From NCBI GenBank assembly GCA_034428595.1, contig DAOUHO010000041.1, positions 1-60,836 on the forward strand: a DNA stretch of 60,836 nt. The letters run 5' to 3'. Both the position numbers and the translations under genes were made by a program. Below, one piece after another: positions 8,269 through 18,123 of the stretch. Origin of the DNA: Chloroflexota bacterium. Its GTDB lineage: Bacteria > Chloroflexota > UBA11872. The notes under the pieces were generated by a model. The model made no database searches, had not been told where the DNA came from, and saw nothing but the letters and a program-made list of their open reading frames with translations. Each line of letters opens with the position of its first letter. The stretch's first letter is position 1.

Positions 8269-9347
8269 CGCGGCTGGCTGTCGGCGGCGGGCCGGAGCGC
8301 GAGGTCCTCGAACACCAGCTTGGGCGTAACGTTGTGCTGAATCTGGACCTGTGCGGCGCGGGCGCACAGCATCCGCGCCACCACGGAGCGGAGCGCCGCT
8401 CGCGTCTCGATCGGCGCGTCGCTTGCGGCGGCCCGCATGGCGGCGCGGAGCTCCGCCGCCTGCGCCCGGCTGATGTGCCCGAGCCACCCATAGGCGCGCT
8501 CCGCTTGCTCAAGGGGCCGACCGCGGCCCAGCAGCTCATCAACCGCCAGGAAGCGCGCGGGGGGCGTCGCGCGCTCGAAGTCTTCAGCCTTGGCCTGGCG
8601 TTCAGCGAACTCTCGCCAGCGGTTCACATTGCGCGCCATGCCGATCGCCCAGCCGGCACGTCCACGCGCCGCGACGGCGATTGCCTCGGCGGTCTCGGGA
8701 TCGAGTCCGCCGTCGCCGATCAGGTGCGCGGAGATCAGGTCCGCCGGCACGGGCGCCAGCGCGATGTGATGACAGCGAGATCTCAAGGTGGGCAGCACGC
8801 CGGTCGACTGCTGGGCGATGAGGATGATCACCGCATGCGGCGCAGGTTCTTCAAGCGTCTTCAGCAGGGCATTGGCCGCGGGAATGCTCATCTCTTCGGC
8901 AGCGTCGATGATGGCGACGCGCGCCGGGCCCTGCGCCGGTTTGAGGTAGGTCTCGGCCGCAAGCTCGCGCACGCCGCGGATGGGGATGTCGCGAAACCCA
9001 TCGCGACGGCGCAATACATGCACGTCGAGGTAGGCGGTATGGACGTAGCCGGCGTCTCGCCGATCGCGCGGCGGCCGCGGATCGTCCAGTTCGTCGGGAT
9101 GGTCCCGCCGAACCGCCGCCTGCCAGAACGGGGCGTCCGGTCCCACGGCGCGACACAGGCGGCACGTCAGGCAGGGCCGCTCGGACTGCCCGCAGCGCAG
9201 CGTCTGCGCCATGCGGGCGGCGAATGTTCGCCGGCCGCAACCCGGGACGCCGGTGATGAGGTAGGCATGTCCCAGGCGACCCGCACGGTGGGCGCCCTGA
9301 AACGCCCGCTCGGCCCGCTCGTGGCCCAACAGGCCCCAAGGGCTCAT
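8265..9347 (-). CDS. holB: DNA polymerase III subunit delta prime
   Basis: GHAYLITGVPGCGRRTFA P-loop-like motif, a zinc-module-like C..CLTCRLC, a VAIIDAAEEM box and NALLKTLEEP. Confidence 0.85.
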   Translation of the reverse strand: MSPWGLLGHERAERAFQGAHRAGRLGHAYLITGVPGCGRRTFAARMAQTLRCGQSERPCLTCRLCRAVGPDAPFWQAAVRRDHPDELDDPRPPRDRRDAGYVHTAYLDVHVLRRRDGFRDIPIRGVRELAAETYLKPAQGPARVAIIDAAEEMSIPAANALLKTLEEPAPHAVIILIAQQSTGVLPTLRSRCHHIALAPVPADLISAHLIGDGGLDPETAEAIAVAARGRAGWAIGMARNVNRWREFAERQAKAEDFERATPPARFLAVDELLGRGRPLEQAERAYGWLGHISRAQAAELRAAMRAAASDAPIETRAALRSVVARMLCARAAQVQIQHNVTPKLVFEDLALRPAADSQPR

Positions 9348-11386
9348 GCCGGAACGGTCACGGTGGCGATGTCCCGGATGCGAATGCCCAACTCCACCTG
9401 CTGGGCCAGGTCGAACGTGTCGGTGTCATAGATGCTCACGGTGCCGCCATCGCCAGAACCCACGACCAGCGTGCGGCGGCCGGCGTCCACCGCCAGCGCG
9501 TGGGGGTTTCCCGCCACGGGCAACAGGAACGCAATGCCGAGGTCGGTTGGGGCCAGCGCGGTGATGGTGTCGGTCCAGATGTTGGCGACGAGCAGGGCCG
9601 ATTCGTCCGGCAGCAGCGCCAGCCGATGCACGCCTTCCTCCAGGTCGCGCTGCGCCGATATTTCCAAGGTGTCGGCGTCGAGGCGGGTCACGCTGCCGTC
9701 GCGCAGGCTGGCGACGAACACATTGCCGGCCGTGTCCACCGTGATGGCCTCCGGCCACGATGGCACGCTGGCGGACTGTCGCTCCTCGCCGGTGGCGACA
9801 TCCACCAGGGCCACGGTCGAGAAGGCGCGATTGGCGATGTAGACGGATTGGCCGTCACCTCGGGGCGCCACGTCGCCGACACCGGCCGGCACCCGCCAGT
9901 CATGCACGATGCGTCGCCTGTCGGGATCGATGACGAATAAATGCCCGCGGTCGAGGTCGGACCCGGTCACGTAGAGCAGCCCGGACACGGGGTCGACGGC
10001 CATGTCGGCCACGACCAGGCTGGTCGCCGGGGCTCGATCGTTGCCCGCCAACAGCTGCGGCTCGCCGCCATAGAACATCTGCGCGAAGTCCGAATCCAGG
10101 GTGACGGTGGCCCGCGCCGTTTGGTGCGGCTCGATCGTGACGGGATTCGGCGATTGATGGACCGTGATGGGCCCCGCGGCCTCCGCCGTGCGACCGAGGC
10201 TTTCGGCGCTTGCCGTCATTGCGCTCACCACGTACGAGCTGCCGGCGATCAGATCGTCGAACACCACGACGCCCGACGCGTCGGTTTCGCGCGCCCGCAC
10301 CAGGACCTCGCTCCCGCGCACGCTCCACAGCAAGTGGACCACGGCGCTGGCGGGGGGGCGGTCGTCCTCGTCGCGCACCTCAACCCTGAGGCTGAACGCT
10401 AGGGGAATCGGCAACGCGACGCTGCCGGTGCGCACGTCGACGACCCGGATCTCGGTTGCCAACTCGTCGGCGATATAGAGGCGGCCGCGCGCGGGATCGG
10501 CCGCCAGCGCCCATGCCGCGCCGGCAGCCTCGATCAGGGAGCGGCGCACGGGCGCGAGCGATGGGAGATCGATGACGGCCAGGTTCGCCGACTCCGCCTC
10601 GCCACGTCGCGGGACGCCGCCGACGAACACGGCGCCTTGCGCGGCGGCCGGGAGCACAAACGTCACTTCGCCAGGCGTTTCCTCGCCGGCCTCAACCGAC
10701 GGCGCACGCAGCGTTTGGTAGCCGGCGGCGCGCGCCGTGACTTGATAGGCCACATCGGAGGCCAATCCCTCGAAGCGAGCGATGCCGTCGGTTCCGGTAT
10801 GCCCGGCGGCCAGCAGCTGTCCCTGCAGGCCGCGAATCTCAACGAGGGTCATTGGTAGCGGATCGCCCGAGGCATCGGCCAGCACCTCCACATCGAGCTG
10901 GCCCGGAGCGGGCTCAACCAGGAAGGTGGTGCGACCCTCGCCGGCCGGCTCGCCGCCGCGATAGGCCGCGGAGCCGAGGAACTCGATCTGGGTGCCCGGC
11001 AGCAGCGGCACAGTGGTGGGCAGCTGGGTTTCAATGGTGAAGGTCCCGGCGCGGGAGATCACGACTTCGCCGACATATACGCCCGGCAAGGGCTGCTCGA
11101 CGGTCTCGATGTCCCCGCCAAACGTGATCTGCGGCCGCGCGACCTGCACGACCATTTCCAGCCGCAATAGGGTGCCCTCGTCCCAGCGGCTGCCGCGGAT
11201 GGTCAACTCGCTGCCCGGCGGCCCGCTGTCCGGTTCCACACGCATCGTGGGCCCACTCTGGTCGACCAGCGGGAAGTCACCGGTGACCGCCGAGCCATAG
11301 AGACCGAGCGCCAAAATGATGATGACCGGCAGAAGCGCGATGGACGCCAGGATGGCGGCGATGGTGACGGCGCGACCGGTGGGCAT
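9344..11386 (-). CDS. membrane-anchored surface protein with YVTN-type beta-propeller repeats and carboxypeptidase-regulatory-like domains
   Basis: N-terminal TM helix. Two CarboxypepD_reg-like segments. Repeated L/VYIA/VAN...V..VD....G motifs (LYIADELATEIRVVDVRTGS, VYIANRAFSTVALVDVATGE, VFVASLRDGSVTRLDADT, LVVGSGDGGTVSIYDTDT). I prefer the ATG at 11386 because of a GGAG upstream; the ORF track starts at 11485. The stop overlaps the holB ATG (ATGA). Confidence 0.75.
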   Translation of the reverse strand: MPTGRAVTIAAILASIALLPVIIILALGLYGSAVTGDFPLVDQSGPTMRVEPDSGPPGSELTIRGSRWDEGTLLRLEMVVQVARPQITFGGDIETVEQPLPGVYVGEVVISRAGTFTIETQLPTTVPLLPGTQIEFLGSAAYRGGEPAGEGRTTFLVEPAPGQLDVEVLADASGDPLPMTLVEIRGLQGQLLAAGHTGTDGIARFEGLASDVAYQVTARAAGYQTLRAPSVEAGEETPGEVTFVLPAAAQGAVFVGGVPRRGEAESANLAVIDLPSLAPVRRSLIEAAGAAWALAADPARGRLYIADELATEIRVVDVRTGSVALPIPLAFSLRVEVRDEDDRPPASAVVHLLWSVRGSEVLVRARETDASGVVVFDDLIAGSSYVVSAMTASAESLGRTAEAAGPITVHQSPNPVTIEPHQTARATVTLDSDFAQMFYGGEPQLLAGNDRAPATSLVVADMAVDPVSGLLYVTGSDLDRGHLFVIDPDRRRIVHDWRVPAGVGDVAPRGDGQSVYIANRAFSTVALVDVATGEERQSASVPSWPEAITVDTAGNVFVASLRDGSVTRLDADTLEISAQRDLEEGVHRLALLPDESALLVANIWTDTITALAPTDLGIAFLLPVAGNPHALAVDAGRRTLVVGSGDGGTVSIYDTDTFDLAQQVELGIRIRDIATVTVPA

Positions 11387-11539
11387 GCGCAAACTCCGGG
11401 CCCAGCGGCCTGCCTGACCGGGCGTCGCCGTCCTCGCGGCCTCCGCCCAGATGCCTGACGCGAAGCGTCCGCGAGGATCCGGCAAGCCAACCGGGGATGC
11501 GCGGAATTGTAAGCCGCCAGCCGCGGACCCACCCGGCGG

Positions 11540-12307
11540 CTAGCCGCGCGCGGTGAAGCAGCCGCCGCGACGGGGAATGGCGATTCGCCCTTGCCCATCC
11601 GCCGCCGCCGTGAGCGAGGCGCGCATGTGGGGCGCGAGTACGTCTGCCAGACGTTCGCGATCGGCATGCGGCATCCGAGCCGGCGCGCCGCGGGCGAAGA
11701 GTCCGGCGCGGTAGACCGCAAGCGCCTGCGCCACGGAGTCGAACACCAGCGGGTCATCCCGCCGGCGCACCGTCACGTCGGCAAAGACCCGGCGCAGTTG
11801 GTCGGCCCCGTTTTCAAGCGTGAAGCGGTGGCGCGCGGTGGGCGCGAGGGCGCGCGCGGCCATGGCCTCCCTGCCGGCGCTCCGGCAGGCGTCCGCGTGC
11901 AAGTCCAGGAGGCGACGACCGGACCGCGCGCTGTTCGTGGCGGCGAGCAGCATGCCGCTCCGCGACATCACGCGGCGGATCTCCCACAGCCAACTGGTGA
12001 GATCGCTCGGGTAGTACAACACGTGACCCGCCACGACCAGATCGAACGATCCGTCGGGGTGGGGCAGGCGCGCAATGTCGGCGCGTGCGGCATCGACGCC
12101 GGCGACCGACCCGGCGGCGCGAACGGCGTCGCGGTCGAGATCCACGGCGGTTACAAGCGCGTGGGGCGCCAGCCGCCGGCGCAGCGCCGCGGTGCGCGTC
12201 CCGTTTCCGCAGCCGGCGTCGAGCGCCGCATAGACCGCGTGGGGATCGACGGATGCAAGCATCCAGGCGGTGTAGTCGCCGTCGCCAGGGCTCGGGGCGC
12301 CAGTCAT
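11540..12307 (-). CDS. class I SAM-dependent methyltransferase
   Basis: LDAGCGNGT motif I and the FDLVVAGHVLYY region. Substrate unknown. Confidence 0.75.
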   Translation of the reverse strand: MTGAPSPGDGDYTAWMLASVDPHAVYAALDAGCGNGTRTAALRRRLAPHALVTAVDLDRDAVRAAGSVAGVDAARADIARLPHPDGSFDLVVAGHVLYYPSDLTSWLWEIRRVMSRSGMLLAATNSARSGRRLLDLHADACRSAGREAMAARALAPTARHRFTLENGADQLRRVFADVTVRRRDDPLVFDSVAQALAVYRAGLFARGAPARMPHADRERLADVLAPHMRASLTAAADGQGRIAIPRRGGCFTARG

Positions 12308-12376
12308 CTATGCCCCGCACCGCGCATGTGCGATCGCCATCCTCAACACCCGGCTGCCTGTGTAAACCATGACCCG

Positions 12377-12412
12377 GGTCCGCACACCCTTCAAGGGAGA
12401 GAGGATCGGACC
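12377..12412. repeat. REP-like hairpin, family B, degenerate, with outer GGTCCG/CGGACC arms
   Basis: ggtccgcacacccttcaagggagagaggatcggacc. Confidence 0.5.
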
Positions 12413-12592
12413 ACCGCGCCAGGCAACTGCGCGCGGTGGCTCAACCACGATGGACCGCCCAATCCTCGAACTTGGACACTCAGTAAGAAGCGGGCCTGGG
12501 TGGGTTTCCTTGGTCACAGATGCCTCGTCTACCGTGGTGTACGCTGGCCGCCCAGCGGCGTCGCGTCTACCGCTGGACTCTGGGAGATTGAC

Positions 12593-12934
12593 ATGGCAGG
12601 AGACAAACTTGTCATTCTGACCGTGGAAATCCAGCGCGAGGGTGAGCAGTGGGTTGGTCGGTGCGTGGAGCTTGGAACCGCCACCTTCGGGGACTCCGTG
12701 GACGAGGTTGCTGAAGAACTCTTGGATCTAGTCGCCCTCCATCTGAATGGGCTTGAGGATGCCGGGGAGCGCGAACGGTTCTTCGAGGCGCATGGAATTA
12801 AAGTCTACGAGGACTCGCTTCCACAGCGAGTTGAACGACCTGTGCCAATCAGCCGAGATGTCCCGTTGTTCACGCAGGTACTTCCAATGCAGCTTGACTC
12901 ACCGCACACGACGGTAGCGATGGCTACGGCATAG
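12593..12934 (+). CDS. hicB: HicB-family antitoxin
   Basis: MAGDKLVILTVEIQREGEQWVGRCVELGTATFGDSVDEVAEELLDLVALHL is a HicB/UPF0150 N-terminal fold. Only the last 113 codons of ORF 11591-12934 are plausible coding sequence. Confidence 0.8.
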   Translation: MAGDKLVILTVEIQREGEQWVGRCVELGTATFGDSVDEVAEELLDLVALHLNGLEDAGERERFFEAHGIKVYEDSLPQRVERPVPISRDVPLFTQVLPMQLDSPHTTVAMATA

Positions 12935-12973
12935 GGGGCATGCGCGATATCCGGCCGTGCGGGGCTGCCCGCA

Positions 12974-13228
12974 ATGACCTGCGCCGAGCTTGAGCGGCTC
13001 CTAAAACGGGACGGCTGGCGCGAGGGTCGAGCTTCAAAGCATGGCACCGTCTATCGAAAGACCTTCGTTAGTGACGGTCGGACGGAGACTCGGGTCACTG
13101 TGATTCCGACCAAGAAACACAAGCGGCATAAGCCGATCCCTCGAGGAACCCTCCGGGCGATTCTCGGTCCGAAGCAGACCGGGCTTGGTGTTGCCGGACT
13201 TCGCAGACTCATCGAGTTGCACGGCTGA
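12974..13228 (+). CDS. hicA: HicA-family mRNA interferase toxin
   Basis: MTCAELERLLKRDGWREGRASKHGTVYRK... is the YcfA/HicA signature. It lies 39 nt downstream of hicB. Confidence 0.8.
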   Translation: MTCAELERLLKRDGWREGRASKHGTVYRKTFVSDGRTETRVTVIPTKKHKRHKPIPRGTLRAILGPKQTGLGVAGLRRLIELHG

Positions 13229-13384
13229 CGAGCCAGCCAACGCGGCGCCGGCACCTGGAGAGTGGACACCGTTGCAATCAGCAGTCCGGTTTGCGTACGT
13301 CCCAACTGCGCGACGACGGCTGCACCACTCGCCCCTAACCTTTGAGGGCCACAGTGACCCAGCGCCCGCTGAAGGGACCGCTTG

Positions 13385-13393
13385 TGATAAAAT
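13385..13393 (+). promoter_or_regulatory. candidate extended -10 element (TGATAAAAT) upstream of csrA
   Basis: tgataaaat embedded in the inverted repeat GCTTGT..ACAAGC. By eye only. Confidence 0.25.
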
Positions 13394-13433
13394 GAACAAG
13401 CCGCACGATGCGTGCATTTCTCCCCAACGACGT

Positions 13434-13452
13434 CTGTCACGTAGTGTGACAG
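13434..13452. promoter_or_regulatory. perfect 7-bp inverted repeat CTGTCAC-N5-GTGACAG in the csrA leader
   Basis: ctgtcacgtagtgtgacag, about 70 nt upstream of the csrA start. It is either an operator or an RNA hairpin. Confidence 0.3.
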
Positions 13453-13518
13453 TTCAAACGGGTGCGGCCAGGCGCGACGGAGTCCGCTCGCAGCCGGCGC
13501 AGAAAGGCATGGAGGCCG

Positions 13519-13740
13519 GTGCTCGTTCTCTCCCGCAAAGCCAACGAAACGATCGTCGTGGACGACGCCATCGAGGTGACCGTGCTGGAAATTCTTGGCG
13601 ACCGCGTCAAGATTGGCATCAACGCCCCCCGTGACGTGCCGATCGTGCGGCAGGAATTGCTGCATCAGGCCCGAGACAATCATCGTGCCGCGGTACCGCC
13701 GGCGGAGTCGCCGTCTGCGACGACCGAACGCGACGCTTGA
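13519..13740 (+). CDS. csrA: carbon storage regulator CsrA (RNA-binding translational regulator)
   Basis: From the GTG at 13519: MLVLSRKANETIVVDDAIEVTVLEILGDRVKIGINAPRDVPIVRQEL. This is near-collinear with B. subtilis CsrA. GGAGG lies just upstream. Confidence 0.85.
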   Translation: MLVLSRKANETIVVDDAIEVTVLEILGDRVKIGINAPRDVPIVRQELLHQARDNHRAAVPPAESPSATTERDA

Positions 13741-13857
13741 CGCAGGCCCGCGCCCGTTGACTTACTGCTCTTCCCTCCGGGCCGTGTCCCGCCGCACCGG
13801 CATTCGCCGCGCCCGGCGTGCACCGTGCGTCCATCGTGAGCGCGCGGAGCGTGGCGC

Positions 13858-16800
13858 ATGAGCGACGCGCTCGCCCAGCTGCGAGAAAGCTTCCAAACGC
13901 CGGCCATGGACGACCGGCCCCTGGCGCTATGGCTCTGGAATGGCGAGCTGCACGAGGCCCGGATCGGGCTCCAGCTTCGTCAGTTGGCCGACAAGGGGAT
14001 GGGCGGCGTGGTGATTCGCGCCAGCCGGGGGCTGCGGACGCCGTACCTCGGCGATCGCTGGTGGGACACCATCGAGTACGCGGTGGAGACCGCCGCCAAG
14101 GCCGGGTTGTCGGTGTGGATCGGCGACGACTACCGGTCGCCAAGCGGGGCGGCGGGCGATCCCGGCGAAGCTGACGGACAGACGCCGTCGCAGGTGCTCG
14201 CCTCCGGCCCGGAGCATCAGGGCAAGGCCCTGGTCCGGACCGTGCTTTCGGTCTCGGGCCCAACCGAAGTATCGCTGGAAGGCCGCTATCCCGAGGGCGA
14301 GCCGCTGGTGCGCGTGGCAGGCCGGGTGGACGCGACGCAGGGCCTGGACCCCGAGAGCCTCACCGAGCTTCCGGACGTCCCGACGTGGGAATGCCCGGAA
14401 GGCGAGTGGCAGATTTTCAGCTTTGCCGTGGGTCCGGTCGACGATCGAATCGACTACCTGCGCCCCGAAACCGTGGCGCGATTCATCGAAGCCGCCTACA
14501 CGCCCTACGCCGAGCGATTGGGCGACGCCATCGCCGGATTCGCGTTCGATTCGCCGCACCTGGCCGGCCGACCCATTCCATGGACCAACGACCTGCCCGC
14601 ACAATTTGCCGCGCGCAAGGGCTACGCCCTGCCGCCGCTGCTGCCGCAGTTGATCGTGCGTGCGGGTGACGCGACCGCCAAGCTGCGCTGCGACTTCTAC
14701 GAGGTGCTGGCGGCGCGCTACACGGAGTCCTGGTTCGAGCAGATTGCGGAGTGGTGCGAGGCGCGCGGCTATGCATGGATGGGACACACCGAGGAACACA
14801 TCGCGGCGCATCCGGCTCGCCAGGGCGACTACTTTCGCACGATGCGCGCCGTGCCGGTGCCGGGCAGCGACATGCACGGCTTTCGCAACGCCCGCCCGCG
14901 CACGGTGCAACCTGCCGAGATCAAGCCCGCCGTATCCGTCGCCGCGCTGGCGGAGCGCCCCCGGGTCGCGGTGCGCGCGTTCGGCGGGGCCGGGTGGAGC
15001 GTGACCCTGGACGACGTGCGGCGGGGGCTGAGCCGCATGGCGGTGATCGGCGCCGACCTGCCGGTGATCCAAAGCTTCCACTACAGCATGGACCGCGCGG
15101 TCGCGGCCGACGATTGGCCCAACACGTTCTTCTCCCAGAATCCGTATTGGCGCCAGTTCGGCGAGGTCACGTCGTATGCCGCGCGTCTCAGCGCGTTGGT
15201 GCGCCAAAGTCGCGCGGCCACGACCATCGGGGTGCTCGCGCCGTTGACAAGCGTTTGGGCGAACACGGCCGACGGCCGGCCCAATGCCCGCGCTCGGGAA
15301 GTCGGCGAGACCTTCGAGTCGCTGGTGGACGGGCTGTATGCGCGCCGCACCGATGTGAATGTCGTTGACACCGCGTTCGTCCTTGGCAGCGAGCTCGACG
15401 GTGCGTCGCTGCGCCAGGGCCGTGTGGCCGTCACGGCGTTAGTCATCCCGCCGATGCCAGTGATGGAGCGTGCCGTGGCAGCGCGGCTGGCAGACTTTGT
15501 AAAGGCCGGTGGGCGACTGATCTGGGGCGGCGAAGTCCCAAGCGTCAGCTCCGAGGCCGGCGCGAGCGACGAGGAGCTCCTGCGCCTGGTGAAGCCGCTG
15601 ACCCCGGCCGGGGCGTCGACCAAGCGGGGCAGCCGCATGGGCAAGGGCCGCATCTTCACCCTCAAGGAAGACGCGGCGAACTGGCTGGACCGCGTGGCGG
15701 CACGGCTGACGACCGCAACCAGCCTGGCCTCGGACACGGACGGCGTCGCGCTCGCGGCACGCCGGCTCGACGGCGGCGAGGTGGTGTTGGTCGTCAACGA
15801 AACGCCCGAGGAGCAGAAGGTCGCCGTCAAGAGCCGCGCCCGGGGCGCCGCCGAGCTGTGGGACCCGGAGAGCGGTTCGCACCAGTCGCTCACCACCACC
15901 GGCGCGCGCACGCGGCGCACGTCGGAATTCGCCATTCCGGGGCACGCGGCGCGCGCCGTGGTCTTCGACGCCGACACGAAGCCCGCCCGCGCCTCGTCGA
16001 GCCGCCGGGCGCCGCGCGTGAAGCCGAAGGAACTGGGCTGCGAGTGGCAGTTTGCGCTGGAGACCGGGGTGCCCACCGGCCAGGGCACGGTGCGCCGCAC
16101 CGAGCTCCCCGTGATGCGGTTCCAGGACTTTGCGCTTGGCGCCGGCCGCCTGGAACGACTGCGAGATCCCGCGTACGACGACTCGAGTTGGCGCGAGTTG
16201 TGGCTCACCACCGCCGACGCCAATGCCGTGGGCAACTGGCGCGCGTCGTGGATCACCGGCGTGCGGCAGCCGGAGGGCTGGGTCGTTCGGCCCGATAGCG
16301 AGGCCCACGACCGGCTGCGCTTCACCAAGTCGCTGACGATCACCGACCCGCCGATCAAGGCCTGGGCCACCTTCGTGGGCGTCGAAAAAGCCACGGTTTA
16401 CATGAACGGGACGGCGCTGGGCGAGTCCGACGACTGGTCCAACCCGGTGACCTACAACATCATGCCCTACCTGCGGCTGGGTCAGAACACGATCGTGGCG
16501 GACATCGCCAGCACCTCCGGCACACCGCTATCGCTGCTGTTCGAGGCGCAAATCGACCTGCGCTCCGGGGAGTCACTGGTCCTGGTGTCCGACGAGTCGT
16601 GGGACGTGCAAGCGCCGCGCTCGGAGATGTGGACCGGCACGGCATTCGCCCGCGACGTGCCGACCGTGACCTGGGAGCGTGGGGGACCGCCCGTTCAGCC
16701 GTGGGGCCACATTGTGCTGCTGGGCGAGCCCGTGCAGTTTCCACGCACGCTGATGTATCGCCAACGCCTGCCGACGGGCTGCGTGGGCGTCGGCATTCCC

Positions 16801-17364
16801 TATATCAAGGGCGTGCACAAGGTCTACGTCGACGTGCGGGAACGGACACCGGATATCAACGGCGTCTACAACATCACGACCGGCGGCGTGCTGAGCGTGG
16901 AAGTCCACGCGTCGGACTTTTCCAATGGGGTGCTGGCGCCGCTGGCGTTGTTCATGCGCCCAACCACGATCAGCCTGAAGCCGTGGGGTGAGTTGGGCTA
17001 TGGGTGGTACTCGGGCTCCGCGGTCTATGAGCAAAGCGTCGAGCTAACCAAGGCCGAGGCGGGCGGGACGGTCGTGCTCGATCTTGGGGACGTGCGCCAC
17101 CACGCCGAAGTGATCGTGAACAACCGATCGCTTGGGTCGCGCGTGTGGCCGCCCTACCGCTTTGACCTCACCGGCGCGGTGCATGCGGGATCCAACACGG
17201 TGCGCGTCCGCGTGAGCAACCTTGCCGCGAACGAGATGCGCTGGCGGCGCGACGAAACGCGTATGGGCGACCCCTGGCACCGCTATTGGCACGAGGGCAA
17301 CATCGAGTCGGAGCGGCTGGTGTCTGGCCTGTTGGGGCCAGTGCAGGTGGAGCTGTCGCCCTAG
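13858..17364 (+). CDS. large glycoside-hydrolase-like protein (GH106-like N-terminus, C-terminal galactose-binding-like jelly-roll domains)
   Basis: 1168 aa. N-terminus PLALWLWNGEL...LRQLADKGMGGVVIR. C-terminus WYSGSAVYEQSVELTK...VVLDLGDVRHHAEVIVNNRSLGSRVWPPYRFDLT...NTVRVRVSNLAANEM. The family call is from memory of motif style only. Confidence 0.6.
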   Translation: MSDALAQLRESFQTPAMDDRPLALWLWNGELHEARIGLQLRQLADKGMGGVVIRASRGLRTPYLGDRWWDTIEYAVETAAKAGLSVWIGDDYRSPSGAAGDPGEADGQTPSQVLASGPEHQGKALVRTVLSVSGPTEVSLEGRYPEGEPLVRVAGRVDATQGLDPESLTELPDVPTWECPEGEWQIFSFAVGPVDDRIDYLRPETVARFIEAAYTPYAERLGDAIAGFAFDSPHLAGRPIPWTNDLPAQFAARKGYALPPLLPQLIVRAGDATAKLRCDFYEVLAARYTESWFEQIAEWCEARGYAWMGHTEEHIAAHPARQGDYFRTMRAVPVPGSDMHGFRNARPRTVQPAEIKPAVSVAALAERPRVAVRAFGGAGWSVTLDDVRRGLSRMAVIGADLPVIQSFHYSMDRAVAADDWPNTFFSQNPYWRQFGEVTSYAARLSALVRQSRAATTIGVLAPLTSVWANTADGRPNARAREVGETFESLVDGLYARRTDVNVVDTAFVLGSELDGASLRQGRVAVTALVIPPMPVMERAVAARLADFVKAGGRLIWGGEVPSVSSEAGASDEELLRLVKPLTPAGASTKRGSRMGKGRIFTLKEDAANWLDRVAARLTTATSLASDTDGVALAARRLDGGEVVLVVNETPEEQKVAVKSRARGAAELWDPESGSHQSLTTTGARTRRTSEFAIPGHAARAVVFDADTKPARASSSRRAPRVKPKELGCEWQFALETGVPTGQGTVRRTELPVMRFQDFALGAGRLERLRDPAYDDSSWRELWLTTADANAVGNWRASWITGVRQPEGWVVRPDSEAHDRLRFTKSLTITDPPIKAWATFVGVEKATVYMNGTALGESDDWSNPVTYNIMPYLRLGQNTIVADIASTSGTPLSLLFEAQIDLRSGESLVLVSDESWDVQAPRSEMWTGTAFARDVPTVTWERGGPPVQPWGHIVLLGEPVQFPRTLMYRQRLPTGCVGVGIPYIKGVHKVYVDVRERTPDINGVYNITTGGVLSVEVHASDFSNGVLAPLALFMRPTTISLKPWGELGYGWYSGSAVYEQSVELTKAEAGGTVVLDLGDVRHHAEVIVNNRSLGSRVWPPYRFDLTGAVHAGSNTVRVRVSNLAANEMRWRRDETRMGDPWHRYWHEGNIESERLVSGLLGPVQVELSP

Positions 17365-18050
17365 CCGCCGCCGGCTCCCGGACAGAGCTCGGCTGCCGGG
17401 CGGCTGCCGGAATACCCACGGACGAAGTTGTAGACCTCGGCCTTGTCGTAGGCGTCCAGCCGCTGCATGACCAAAAGGGCCGTGAGCACCACTTCGGAGT
17501 CGCCCAACCCGGCGTCTGGGTGCACGACCACGTCGTAGCCTTCCAGTTCTTGCGCCACGCGGTTCATCTCGGCCTCCAGCGCGGCGCCGCCCGACGGGTT
17601 GAAGTGAACGATCACGTGGCCCGCGCACAGGTTGGCGACCTGGACCGCGTCGGCGATGGTCGAGGTGTGGAAGCCAAAGGCCGCGGGCTGAAGCGCGCGC
17701 GGGCCGGAGGTCGGCGGATCGGTGGCGTATGGCTCGCGCAACCCTCCGCCGTCCACAAGCGGCGATTCCTGCACGTCCTGCACGTCACCCGGGCCTTGGT
17801 TCAGGTTGCTGAGGCAGAACAGGTTGAGCGGAATGAGCACGGCCATCATGACGGCAAAGTAGATCCAGAATCCGCGGCCCAAGCCGGGGCGCGGCTGTGC
17901 GCCCGACTGCTGCCCTTTACGCTGCCGCTTGGGCTTTTCGTCGGACTTGCCGGGTGCGTCCTCGGCGGCGGCGGTGTCTGCAGCCGCGTCGCCATTGGCG
18001 GGCCCGGTGGCCCGTACATCGGATGCGCGGCGGCGCCTACGTCTTGCCAT
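17361..18050 (-). CDS. DUF3105-like membrane-anchored protein
   Basis: I prefer the ATG at 18050 (MARRRRRRAS...). It has a basic N-terminus, one TM helix, then a DPPTSGP...GHVIVHFNP pattern typical of DUF3105. Confidence 0.55.
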   Translation of the reverse strand: MARRRRRRASDVRATGPANGDAAADTAAAEDAPGKSDEKPKRQRKGQQSGAQPRPGLGRGFWIYFAVMMAVLIPLNLFCLSNLNQGPGDVQDVQESPLVDGGGLREPYATDPPTSGPRALQPAAFGFHTSTIADAVQVANLCAGHVIVHFNPSGGAALEAEMNRVAQELEGYDVVVHPDAGLGDSEVVLTALLVMQRLDAYDKAEVYNFVRGYSGSRPAAELCPGAGGG

Positions 18051-18123
18051 GGGGAGGGTGAATTGCTGCTCTTTGCCGTCCGCGATACTCGCGGCCGCGA
18101 ACCTCTTGTAGCATAACCAGGTT

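Noticed and set aside
11591-12592. First 334 codons of the 447-aa ORF that ends as HicB.
   Set aside because: This part is antisense to the SAM methyltransferase gene and crosses a REP element. Only the last 113 codons have HicB similarity and a sensible start.
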